NCBI GenBank assembly: GCA_051362555.1
Contig: CM120649.1
Span: 13,020,001 to 13,084,000 of the forward strand
Source: Lingula anatina
Taxonomy: Eukaryota > Animalia > Brachiopoda
DNA length: 64,000 bases
Direction: 5' to 3'
The notes beneath the pieces were generated by a model that had not been told where the DNA came from, did not search any database, and was given only the letters and a program-made list of their open reading frames with translations. This document shows, piece by piece, positions 27,278-38,118 of the stretch; position 1 is the stretch's first letter, and each line of letters begins with the position of its first letter. The position numbers and the translations under genes were made by a program.

Positions 27278-29462
27278 GGGGAGAGCGGGGTGGGTTGGAA
27301 CGCGGGTAAGTTGGAACATTGGCTTTATTTCTTAAATCACAAGACCGATCATGTGCTCCTTCAGCATAAAAATGTCACGTGGCATGGTCATTCATCCGGT
27401 AAACTTGTGGAAGTTTCGAAAATGTAGTTAAAGTTTTATGCGAAAAAAACTTATTTTCGCTACTCGAAGTAAGTTTTCATATTTTTGACATTCATCATGC
27501 TGTAAACTAAAGTATAAGGATTATATCACTGAAATTGTGCATAGCGTTTAGGACCACCTTGATGTTCAAAAGGCTGTTGTTTTTTTCAATCACTTCCCAC
27601 GTGTTAAAGAAATACAGTGTCATAAGTAGGCCATGACGTCATGGGGGCTGGTCGGAACATTTGGCATGGGGCCAGTTGGAACACTGTCAGGGGTGTTCCA
27701 ACCCACCCCGCACGGTTTTTTTCATTTTTTAAACCTCCCTAAATGTTTTAATTTCAACTTTGAAGAGAGTAGTAACGTAGTAACCCAGTACAACTCCAAC
27801 TGGAGACGGAATCTAGCTGATAGAACATCTCCAAGATGCCGGAATGTACATGCGTGTAGAAGATACAAGGGGGGATGGTCACTGCTTGTTAAATACAGTT
27901 GCTAGCTGTTTGGTTGAAAGGGGTCTGCATGCCCACTGTTGCTTTTTGCGATAAATTGCTTTTAGATGTGGAAGGAAATGTTGATTATTACTCTGCTTTT
28001 CGCGGCAAAATGAAAATATTCTAGCCGAGAGCCTATGTTATGGATAAACTATACAACACCAATTCTGCCGATATTGTTTTAAATGCTTTGTGTAATGGAT
28101 TGGGGGTTGCTGTTAATGTTTAGTGAACTAGGGTACAAAATCCGCCAGAAAAGACAAACATTCACCTCGTAACTTAGACAAAGATTCAGTTGAAATCTCG
28201 GTTGCCCTCACCGGAAGAGGTGCTACAGCACACTAAGGGTGCTTTCCCAGAGATTTAGATCGATCTAAAAATTAAGTTTTAGACCGACCTAACTCCCTGG
28301 GGGTTCACGCTAAATTGCATCAGCCATACGGGCACCATAGTTAATTACCCCCTTATAGCTTTTAGTAGGCGGGACAGACGCTTAAGCCGGCCAAGCTGAC
28401 AGTAATCTAGTGAGACTCCCCACAGGGATAGATCGATCTTAAAATCTATGGAAATGGGGTGTAAAGCTCACTTAAGAAAACCCCCAAACAGCTCAAGTCC
28501 AGCAATAATTAGACCGGTTCCAAAGGCTCACCGTCGCATTCCAAAGATTAAAAGAAGAAAACGATGCAGTGCAGTACTAACTGACACACCTGAAAATGAG
28601 CTACTCGAGAAAGAAAAGGCCAAGCCCAACAAAATTTAAAAGGACAAGCGCAACAAAAATAAAAAACAGTTAAAGATTTCTAGTCGATAGAAAAAATCAA
28701 GAAAAGGGAAATCAAAGATGACCAGCGATTCAAAGTCAGAAGAAGAGTGGCCATGCCTGGTTTGTGGGGAGCCGTTCATTAACAGCCGACCAAAAGAGAA
28801 ATGGGTTAAATGCATCGTTTGTCTAAAGTGGTCACATGAAGACTGTACAAAGGTTGACCAAGTGTAGGGCCTACATATGTCAGAACTGCGATTTTGATTC
28901 TGAGTTGTTGAGTTGAAAGAGATACAGTTTTCATTTGTAAATTTAACATACTGTTGTTAATAGGTTGAGTTATATGAGTTCAATTTCTTTTCTCTTAAAC
29001 TGCACCACTTTTGTTATCATTATGAAATGAAGTATAACTGGATATGGTTTATACATCGAAAAGACTATTTGAAAGCAAATTGTAAACGTAAAAAATGCTT
29101 ACAAACTATGGAGATACGAATACAAAGTAACATGTACTTGTTGGGAAATTAATATAGATAAACCTACTCTTAAAATGAATTATACTTTGAATTTATATGC
29201 AAGCGTTCCAACTCGCCCTCTTGTTCCAACTCACCCCACTGCCTGTTCCAACTGACCCCGCGGGTGGGGTGAGATGGAACGTTTTAGGAGCCAACTTTGA
29301 GCATTTATTACTCTAAAATAAAAATGCCTACTTGATGTTTTATTTCATAGATGAGTGCGGCATATAATTGTCCCCTATCAGATTTTTTATTTTTGTCCCC
29401 AAAGCTTTGACTGCTGAGATATCGCAAAAAAAGTGAAAACTGTTCCAACCAACCCCGCTCTC

Positions 29463-29465
<3 letters not shown>
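27278..29465 (+). mobile_element. Internally deleted pogo/Tc1-mariner-type DNA transposon with PHD-finger relic
   Basis: TIRs GGGGAGAGCGGGGTGGGTTGGAAC / GTTCCAACCAACCCCGCTCTCCCA flanked by TA; repeated subterminal GTTGGAAC/GTTCCAAC. Transposase C-terminal relic SP.IIRPVPKA..KRRKR.SAVLTDTP and a PHD-like CLVC..WVKCIVCLKWSHEDC..YICQNC with stop and frameshift (28742-28895). No DDE core seen. Confidence 0.82.
28237..28461 (+). mobile_element. MITE, PIF/Harbinger (Tourist-like), copy 2, nested in the pogo-like element
   Basis: 225 bp reverse complement of 16930-17155 with few mismatches; TAA target-site duplication at 28234-28236 and 28462-28464. Confidence 0.87.

Positions 29466-29520
<55 letters not shown>
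29466..29520. repeat. (TA)n microsatellite abutting the right TIR of the pogo-like element
   Basis: Direct observation. Confidence 0.95.
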
Positions 29521-29524
<4 letters not shown>

Positions 29525-30194
29525 GGAAGTAAGAACTTTACAAGTTGAAAGTATAACGTAAGCCTTTCTATGCAGATTACTTTCAGAGTCTGTGACAAAG
29601 CAAAGGTTTGTCCAATGTTTCTTTTAAATTAATTGTAGGTTTATTAAAATTTCGTCATATAAGTTTTGAATTTTTAATTAAAAACATGAGCAAAGAAGCT
29701 GATGGTCAGGACAGAGACATGTGGAGCTCGATAGAAAACTGCAGGCGAGATTAAATCAGTTTTTCACATACCACAGAACCAAGAAGGTCGTGGTGAAGAT
29801 ATAAACCCCATGCACGGTGTTGCCTTTGAACACTGTCCCAAGATGTTGGCGTGTATCTGCACGAAAGTACGTAAAAACAAGAGAGCTGTGTGAACATTGG
29901 TTTGTGCTTTTTATGATAGAGATTGGGTTTTCAGCAGAGAGATGAAAGTGATGTAAATGTTTTACAGATCAGAAATGTTTTACTTATCATAGTTCATTTG
30001 TTAGGTTTTTCGCGATGATACATTTGTATGGAATGATATGCCACACATGACAATAACATCATATGCCAAACATTAAGACATCAGTATACTGATTGACTGT
30101 AAAGACGTAATGGTACAAAATAAAGACAAAAAAATAACTGATATTTTTTATTAAGCCGTATTTGATTGGATTTTAAACCGAAATTGATGCTGTT

Positions 30195-31578
30195 TTAACC
30201 AAAAATCCCTGGTCTACCTAAAGGACGTGACCCGCCTTGTGGCATGGGTGGGCGTGGTTCTCCACTTGGCCTCGGTGGGAGTGGATCTCCACTTGGTCTA
30301 GGTGGGCGTGGTTCTCCATTTGGCCTAGGTGGGCGTGGTTCTCCACTTGGCCTAGGTGGGCGTGGTTCTCCATTTGGTCTCGGTGGGAGTGGATCTCCAC
30401 TTGGTCTTGGTGGGCGTGGTCCCCTACTTGGTCTTGGTGGGCGTGGTTCTTCGCTAGGCCTGGATGGGCGAAGATCTTCAACTAATCTCGGGAGACGTGG
30501 TTCTCCACTTGGTCTCGGAGGACACGGTACACAGGGCCTTGGTGGGCGTGGTTCTCCACTTGGCCTGGGTGGGCGTGGTTCTCCACTTTGCCTTGGTGGA
30601 CGTGGTTCTCCGCTTGGTCTCGGTGGGCACGGTCCTCTGCAAGGTCTTGGTGGGCGTGGTTCTCCACTTGGCCTTGGTGGGCGTGGTTCTCCACTTGGTC
30701 TCGGAGGACACGGTTCACAGGGCCTTGGTGGGCGTGGTTCTCCACTTGGCCGGGGTGGGCGTGGTTCTCCACTTGGTCTGGGTCTTGGTGGGCGGCGGTC
30801 ATCCTCAGCAAGAGCAACCGATACTGGAAAGTTAAGAATATTCGTTGTACATATTAAGAACAAGATTTCTATTCCACAATTAGCTTTTAAAACTTGGACG
30901 GCAAGTCTGGATGACTGTTATAAAATCGATGTTAAAACCGATGCAATGTGAGTCATACCGTATTTTTATATGACAAAACTGAATTAAAATTCAGCAATTT
31001 TTTCACACTAATTTTATCGTCTCTGTCTCATAATCCGGAACAAATCAAATGCACCTTTTTATTTTAATAATAAGGGGTGTGTTAGACAAACGCAATGTGC
31101 CAAACGCTGAAAAAAAAGAAAGAAAGGAAACCCTGTTTCAGATGTTTGAATTTCTGCTTTTATAGAGACGAGTAAAACTCATCAGTTCCATAACTTCTCA
31201 CTACAAAAATGATCCAAAATCTAAAATTTGGAATTAAAAACTCAAAAAACCTGTTTACAGTCCGCAAATTTATCAGCGGTTTGGGATATGGATTGTTTCG
31301 GTGATTAATGGAAAGGCAATTTACAGGAAAATTTTGATATAAATAAATTAATAAATGATCAAGTGATTCTTGCACAGTTCATGATGTATATTCAAAAATA
31401 TTTGCCTGAATAACATAATCATTTAAAGGAGTTTTGCTACTAAAGGTTTATCGCTTATTTGGTTTCTCAAACTGACACTATATTGGCCCTTTTACTATGC
31501 ATCATGACAATGATATAACAGATGAAAAAAAAAAGAGAACTCACCGGTCAGTAAAATGCCTACGACTAGCAAGCGCAT
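30195..31578 (-). CDS. Secreted proline/arginine-rich repeat protein, paralogue A (~220 aa)
   Basis: Exon 31578-31545 (MRLLVVGILLT, donor G|GTGAGT) joins exon 30823-30195 (ttccAG|TA, VSVALAEDDRR(PRPPRPSGE)n...GRPGIFG*). Hydrophobic signal peptide ending ALA; TATA box upstream; AATAAA at ~30147-30152. Confidence 0.85.
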
Positions 31579-31665
31579 CTTCGTTTCTTCTTCCTTCCTA
31601 GAACCTCGCCGAGTTTTCAATTCCAGTTATAATCAGAATGTGAAGAAAAGCTTTCCATGGTCCTC

Positions 31666-31673
31666 TTTATATA
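31666..31673 (-). promoter_or_regulatory. TATA box of paralogue A
   Basis: TATATAAA ~90 bp upstream of the ATG; context conserved in all three copies. Confidence 0.7.
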
Positions 31674-34600
31674 CACAGTGTAGTAAGTAACCGTGGGCTG
31701 TAATACACGCCAACCCAGGGAGTGAATCCTGTATTTTGACTTCTAAAGTCCCAGATTTGGTAATGGCTGATTACAGTTGGACCACCCACTTGGTGAACCA
31801 CCAGTGATGAATTTTGAGGACACCGGTCTGAATCTTGACACCAAAATGTGTTCAAGTGATAATATTTTGACTATTTATTTTCATTTTTTTAAATTATTTG
31901 TTTATTTTTCATATTAAATATATTGCTAAAAGGCTAATAGTAAGTGTTCAACGTTTATACAGGAAAAATTTAATCGATTTCAAAACTTATCCTAAATTAG
32001 CATGCAATGGTATTTTTTATAAAACCGTTCACATTATTTACGGTCCATTAAGTATTTTTTTAGTTTTCAGTCTACATTTTTATTGCTCTTTTAATGCACA
32101 TAGAAACCGATGAATTATACCCATGGCGGAAAACAGTAGAAATTGAGACATCGAAAACACTTTAATAATTTGCAGTTTTCTCTACGTTTTTGGGTAGGGT
32201 AAAACGTACAGGCCTACCTTATTGATCAAGGGGATATTTATAAAATTTCCAGAAGAATTTTTGGCTACATAAATGTCTAATGTGCATTGTGCTCCCTCAT
32301 CGCATAGACAAGGCGCTGAACATTTTATTGTATGATATTTGTTTAAAAGTCCGTTTGGTGAAGTAGATGTACATGTATTAAACGAGACCAATGTCAAATT
32401 TTAGTGTTAAACAACAATGATCATGCAAACCACGAGTGACGGTTAATAACTGGAAGGTGTGTGTGTGTGTGTGTGTGTGAGTGTGTGTGTGTGTGTACGG
32501 GGGGGGGGGGGGGGGGGGGGGGCAAAAGTAGGGCTAATCCTCGCGAGGGATTATGAAACTGTGTCTGTTCTTTTTGGCCCATCTACTGTGCTGCTTTGGA
32601 AGAACAGACTTTTCTAAAATCTACGTTAAGGTTATATTTCACTGGAGCAATTTTCAGATATCTTCTATTGTATATTGTTCGATTTGTAGTTCTTAATTTT
32701 ATTATATATGATATTCACTTGTGAGAGGAAAAGCCATACTGTTATCACGTCCCGTGCCTTTGAAATTGCGCAGAGTAAATCTCGACGTGGGAGAACCCAT
32801 CTTATCTGAGTATACCGTCCTTTACCACAAACACGCCCACCACGTGTCTGTCAAGTGATTCTTGCGTTGAAAACCTTGAGAATTAAAACACCTGTGACAT
32901 GTGTCACTTTGACACAAAGCCCCGCCCACAAAAAAGATGAGCAAAGGTGGTGAGAGGGAGGGCCCATATAATATGCACAGAACCTCCCATGATTTTCAAT
33001 TTCAAGATGCAACCTTATTCCCTTTCTCTCTACTCTGGCCTGCAAACGATAAAGTATTACAAGTCAAAATCATATCATCTTGTCATTCTAGCATCTTTAA
33101 TATTAAGGTAAATAAAATACTCCTCATAAATTCCTCCTCTACACTTGCTACACTCATCAAAGTGGGGACGATTTCAAGAGAGGGTGACCGTTTCACTCTA
33201 GTTCCCTGTTGGTCTAGAAGTTTGTTTTGTGAAGGCGTTCTACGCAAGGACAGAAAGCGGGACAAAATAAGGGCGGGTTGACATCAGACGTCTTTCCCTG
33301 AAGTTACGGTGTTTGATAAAACCAAGTGAACGCGGCTCAAACGCTGCAGTAGGTTTGTAACTTGTATGTTTTAAATACATTTCCGTTTTTCAGATGACTT
33401 TAAAAAAGATGAAACTGACAGATTGTATGCTATCAGTTGACATATCTTGGACTTCGCATATTTCCTTAATGTCTTAGGTGATGAATAAACGTGAAGAATG
33501 TTCCAATATACCTCGCTAGACTAGTGCGAGTATAATTAAAAAACAAAAAACTGATTTACAGATCGTAATTTTGTCGACGATATTGAATATGATTTATGTG
33601 CATGTGTTCTGATGGCACAAGCAAAAATGATGGATTTTCAAGGAAATTAAATTATTTTCTGTTTTAAGGCCTAACACTTGTTGTGTGAATTTTAATGATT
33701 CAACTTCCTTTTTGGTCAACTGTCAAGAGAATGATGTGAATATTATATATAATCCACCAACTAATTTTGTATGTCATAGATTTTTAAAGGTAATTATTCT
33801 TGAGATATGATTAACTAAGATAGGACATGGTAAATTGTGAAGTGTGCAAAAATCAGAAACAGACGCTTTTGCGCTGTGGAATAAGGTGGACAATATTCTA
33901 ATTGTAATCACTGCAACATTAAAAATACAATTCCAGTGGTCAGACAAACGCAATGTGTATGCGAAAAAAAAAAACTGGAATGCAGAAGTTGTGGAATTTG
34001 ATATGTTAGGGCAGATAAAATGGATAAAATCGTTAACGAAGTGATTGTTCAAATGTTTTGGAGGTCAGAATTTTTGCACCCGTTTTATTGCAATAAGAAA
34101 AATGTATTAAGCATATTTTTGGTATAAGTGAACGAAATATGCAAAAACTTAACGGTGTCGTTTTTAGCTTCTAAAATTTTCCGAACTGACATTTTGAGAA
34201 CTTGAGAATTCCCCCGCACCTCCTAAATGAAAATTGAAAATAAAAACACCCGGACATTTAGGTGTAAATGTATGCTCGTTCAATATTATATATTTATAAG
34301 ATTAATAAAAAATAACCTGTTCACTGGGTGATCGTTAACCAGTTTTTGTCTGGCCTTACATTTTGAAATCAAAATTCAAAACAATTTTATAAAAATGTGT
34401 AAAGATAATATAGCATGAATTCTAATTACTGCACGATTACTGTACGTTTTAACATTGTCTCTGCACGTCTTTTCATCATATTTCATACAATCGACCAGCA
34501 ATTGCTCATTCAAAAGTCGCAAAACATTTGTTATAAGTTTTTGAGAAATGAAAATGAAGTAATATTTTTTAGTATTTAAGTAGTGATATAAATAATATCA

Positions 34601-34976
34601 TGATCTTAACCTGCGAATTTCGGCAGAAAGATTGAAAATGATGAAGAAAACACCTAAACAATCTTTGCTGTTTTTACGAAAGTTGATTTGTTGAGTTTTC
34701 GCAAAAATTCACTTGTATAGCATGTCAAACGAATAATGTGACATGTAAATTAAAAAATATATATCAGATTAATTGCTTATCAGGCATAAAAATAATAATA
34801 CCCCTGTAAACTGATAAAAAAAACGGATACAAAAGCAAAAATAAAAATTAATGTAAATTAAACTAAATAAAAAAATAATATAATAACAGAAAGGAAGAGA
34901 GCGCAGCTTAATTAATAATTGTTTTATTTAGTCATAGCCGTATTTGACTGAATTTAAAACTGAATTTGATTCAATT

Positions 34977-36352
34977 TTAACCGAAAATCCCTGGTCTGCC
35001 AAAAGGGCGTGGTTCTCCTTGAGGCCTGGGTGGAAGTGGATCTCCAGTTGGTCTTGGTGGGAGTGGATCTCCATTTGGTCTTGGTGGGCGTGGTTCTCCA
35101 CTTGGTCTCGGTGGAAGTGGATCTCCACTTGGTCTTGGTGGGCGTGGTTCTCCACTTGGTCTCGATGGGATTGGATCGCCACTTGGTCTTGGTGGGATTG
35201 GACCTCCACTTGGTCTTGGTGGGAGTGGACCTCCACTTGGTATTGGTGGGAGTGGATCGCCGCTTGGTCTTGGGGGACGAGGTCCTTCGCTGGGCCTGGG
35301 TTGGCGAGATTCTTCACTTTGTCTTGGTGGACGAGGTTCTCCACTTGGTTTCGGAGGACATGGTTCACATGGCCTGGGTGGGCGGGGTTCTCCGCTTGGC
35401 CTTGGAGGGCGTGGTTCTCCACTTGGCCTGGGTGGGCGGGGTTCTCCACTTGGTCTTGGTGGACACGGTTCACAGGGCCTTGGTGGGCGTGCTTCTCCAC
35501 TTGGCCTGGGTGGGCGGGGTTCTCGGCTTGGCCTCGGAGGACACGGTTCACATGGCCTTGGTGGGCGTGGTTCTCCACTTGGCCTGGGTGGGCGGGGTTC
35601 TCCACTTGGCCTTGGAGGACGTCGTTCTCCGCTTGGTCTCGGAGGACATGGTTCACATGGCCTTGGTGGGCGTGGTTCTCCACTTGGCCTGGGTGGGCGT
35701 GCTTCTCCACTTGGCCTGGGTGGGCGTGGTTCTCTGCTTGGACTCGGAGGACACGGTTCACATGGCCTTGGTGGGCGTGGTTCTCCACTTGGTCTTGGCG
35801 GACACGGTTCACAGGGCCTTGGTGGGCGTGGTTCCCCACTTGGCCTGGGTGGGCGTGGTTCTCTGCTTGGCCTCGGTGGTAGTGGATCGTCACTTGGTCT
35901 TGGTCTCGGTGGACGTCGGTTATCCTGAGCAAGAGCAACTGATACTGAAATGTTAAGCATATTCGGTGCATATTTAAAGTTTTTCACAAGACAATTCCGA
36001 CATTTTACATAGTATAATAGAATATATATATACTTAGATCACAAATTTGTCAGCGATTTGGGATATGGTTCGTTTTGGAGATTGATGGAAAAGTGACGTA
36101 ATTTACAGAAAACATTGAATCAAGCGAATAAATGAATAAGTGATTCTTGCAGTTCATAATATTTATAGTCACGGATATTTGACAGAATAAGATAATCATC
36201 TACAGAAGTTTTGCTATTTAAAGGTTAAACGCTCATTCCGTTTGTAAAATTGACGGTATAATGACCTTCACAGTTGCACATCGTGGCAATGATATTAGAA
36301 AAATAAGAGAGAACTCACCGGTCAGGAAAATGCTCACGACAAGCAAGCGCAT
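34977..36352 (-). CDS. Secreted proline/arginine-rich repeat protein, paralogue B (~333 aa)
   Basis: Exon 36352-36319 (MRLLVVSIFLT) joins exon 35944-34977 (VSVALAQDNRR...PQGEPRPFGRPGIFG*); six CEPC units; TATA box 36433-36440. Confidence 0.85.
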
Positions 36353-36432
36353 CTTCTTTCTTTTGAGAAACCTCGTCGAGTTTTCAATTCCAGTTATAAT
36401 CAGAATGTGAAGAAAAGCTGCTCATGGTCCTC

Positions 36433-36440
36433 TTTATATA
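36433..36440 (-). promoter_or_regulatory. TATA box of paralogue B
   Basis: TATATAAA in the same context as copies A and C. Confidence 0.7.
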
Positions 36441-38118
36441 CACAGTGTAGTAAGTAACCGTGGGCTGTAATACACGCCAACCCAGGGAGTGAATCCTGTA
36501 TTTTGACTTCTAAAGTCCCAGATTTGGTAAAGGCTGATTGCAGTAGGACCACCCACTTGGTGAACCACCAATGATGAATATTGAGGACACCGGTCTGAAT
36601 CTTGACACCAAAATATGTTCAAGTGATAATATTTTGACTATTTATTTTTATTTTTTGAAATTATTTGTTTATTTTTCATATAAAATATTATTGCTAAAAG
36701 ACTAATAGTAAGTGTTAAGTGTAGTAAGACGAAAAATTTAATCTTCTTGATGATTTCAAAACTTATCCTAAATTAACACGAAATGGTATCTTTTATAAAA
36801 CCGTTCACATTATTTATGAGCCATTAAGTATTCTTTTAGTCTTCAGTCTATATTTTTTATTGCTCTTTTAATGCACATAAAAACCGATGAATTATACCCA
36901 TGGCGGAAAACAGTAAATTGAGATATCGAAAACATTTTAATAATTTACATTTTTCTCCACGTTTCTGGGTAGGCTACAATGTATACCTTATTGTTCAAGG
37001 GGATATTTGTTAAATTTCCAGAAGAAATTTTGGCTATGAAGGTAAACGCGCAGTGTGTTTCCTCATAGCATAGACAAGGCGCTGGACATTTTATTGTCTG
37101 AAATTTGTTTAAAATTCCGTTTGATGAAGTAGATGTACATGTATTAAACGAAAATAATGCCAAATTTTAAGTGTTAAATAACTGAAATGTGTGTGTGTGT
37201 GTATGTGTGTGTGTGTGTACGGGGGGGGGGAGGGGGCAAAAGTAGGGCTAATCCTCACGAAGGATTAGGAAACTGTGTCTGTTCTTTTTGTGCTGCTTTG
37301 GAAGAATAGACTTTTCTAAAATCCACGTTAAGGTTATATTTCACTGGAGCAATATTCAGATATCTTCTATTGTATATTGTTCGATATGTAGTTCTTAATT
37401 TTATTATATATGATATTCACTTGTAAAAGGAAAAAACATACCGTTATCACGTCCCGTGCCTTTGAAATTGCGCAGAGTAAATATCGACGTGGGAGAACCC
37501 ATCTTATCTGAGTATACCGTCCTTTACCACAAACACGCCCACCACGTGTCTGTCAAGTGATTCTTGCGTTGAAAACCTTGAGAATTAAAACACCTGTGAC
37601 ATGTGTCACTTTGACACAAAGCCCCGCCCACAAAAAAGCTATAAGTTGAGCAATGGTGGTGAGAGAGAGAGGGCACATAGGCACAAAACCTCACATAATT
37701 TTCAATTTCAAGATGCAACCTTATTCCCTTTCTCTCTACTCTGGCCTGCAAGCGATAAAGTATTACAAGTCAAAATCATTCTAGCATCTTTAATATTAAG
37801 GTAAATAAAATACTCCTCATAAATTCCTCCTCTACATTTGCTACACTCATCAAAGTGGGGACGATTTCAAGAGAGGGTTACCGTTTCACGCTAGTTCCCT
37901 GTTGGTCTAGAAGTTTGTTTTGTGAAGGCGTTCTACGCAAGGACAGAAAGCGGGACAAAATAAGGGCGGGTTGACATCAGACGTCTTTCCCTGAAGTTAC
38001 GGTGTTTGATAAAACCAAGTGAACGCGGCTCAAACGCTGCAGTAGGTTTGTAACTTGTATGTTTTAAATACATTTCCGTTTTTCAGATGACTTTTAAAAA
38101 GATGAAACTGACAACTCA

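Noticed and set aside
33664-34360. TAAGGCC…GGCCTTA-bounded segment as a TIR element (also ~41554-42246)
   Set aside because: The inverted match is only ~7 bp and is not preserved in the second copy.
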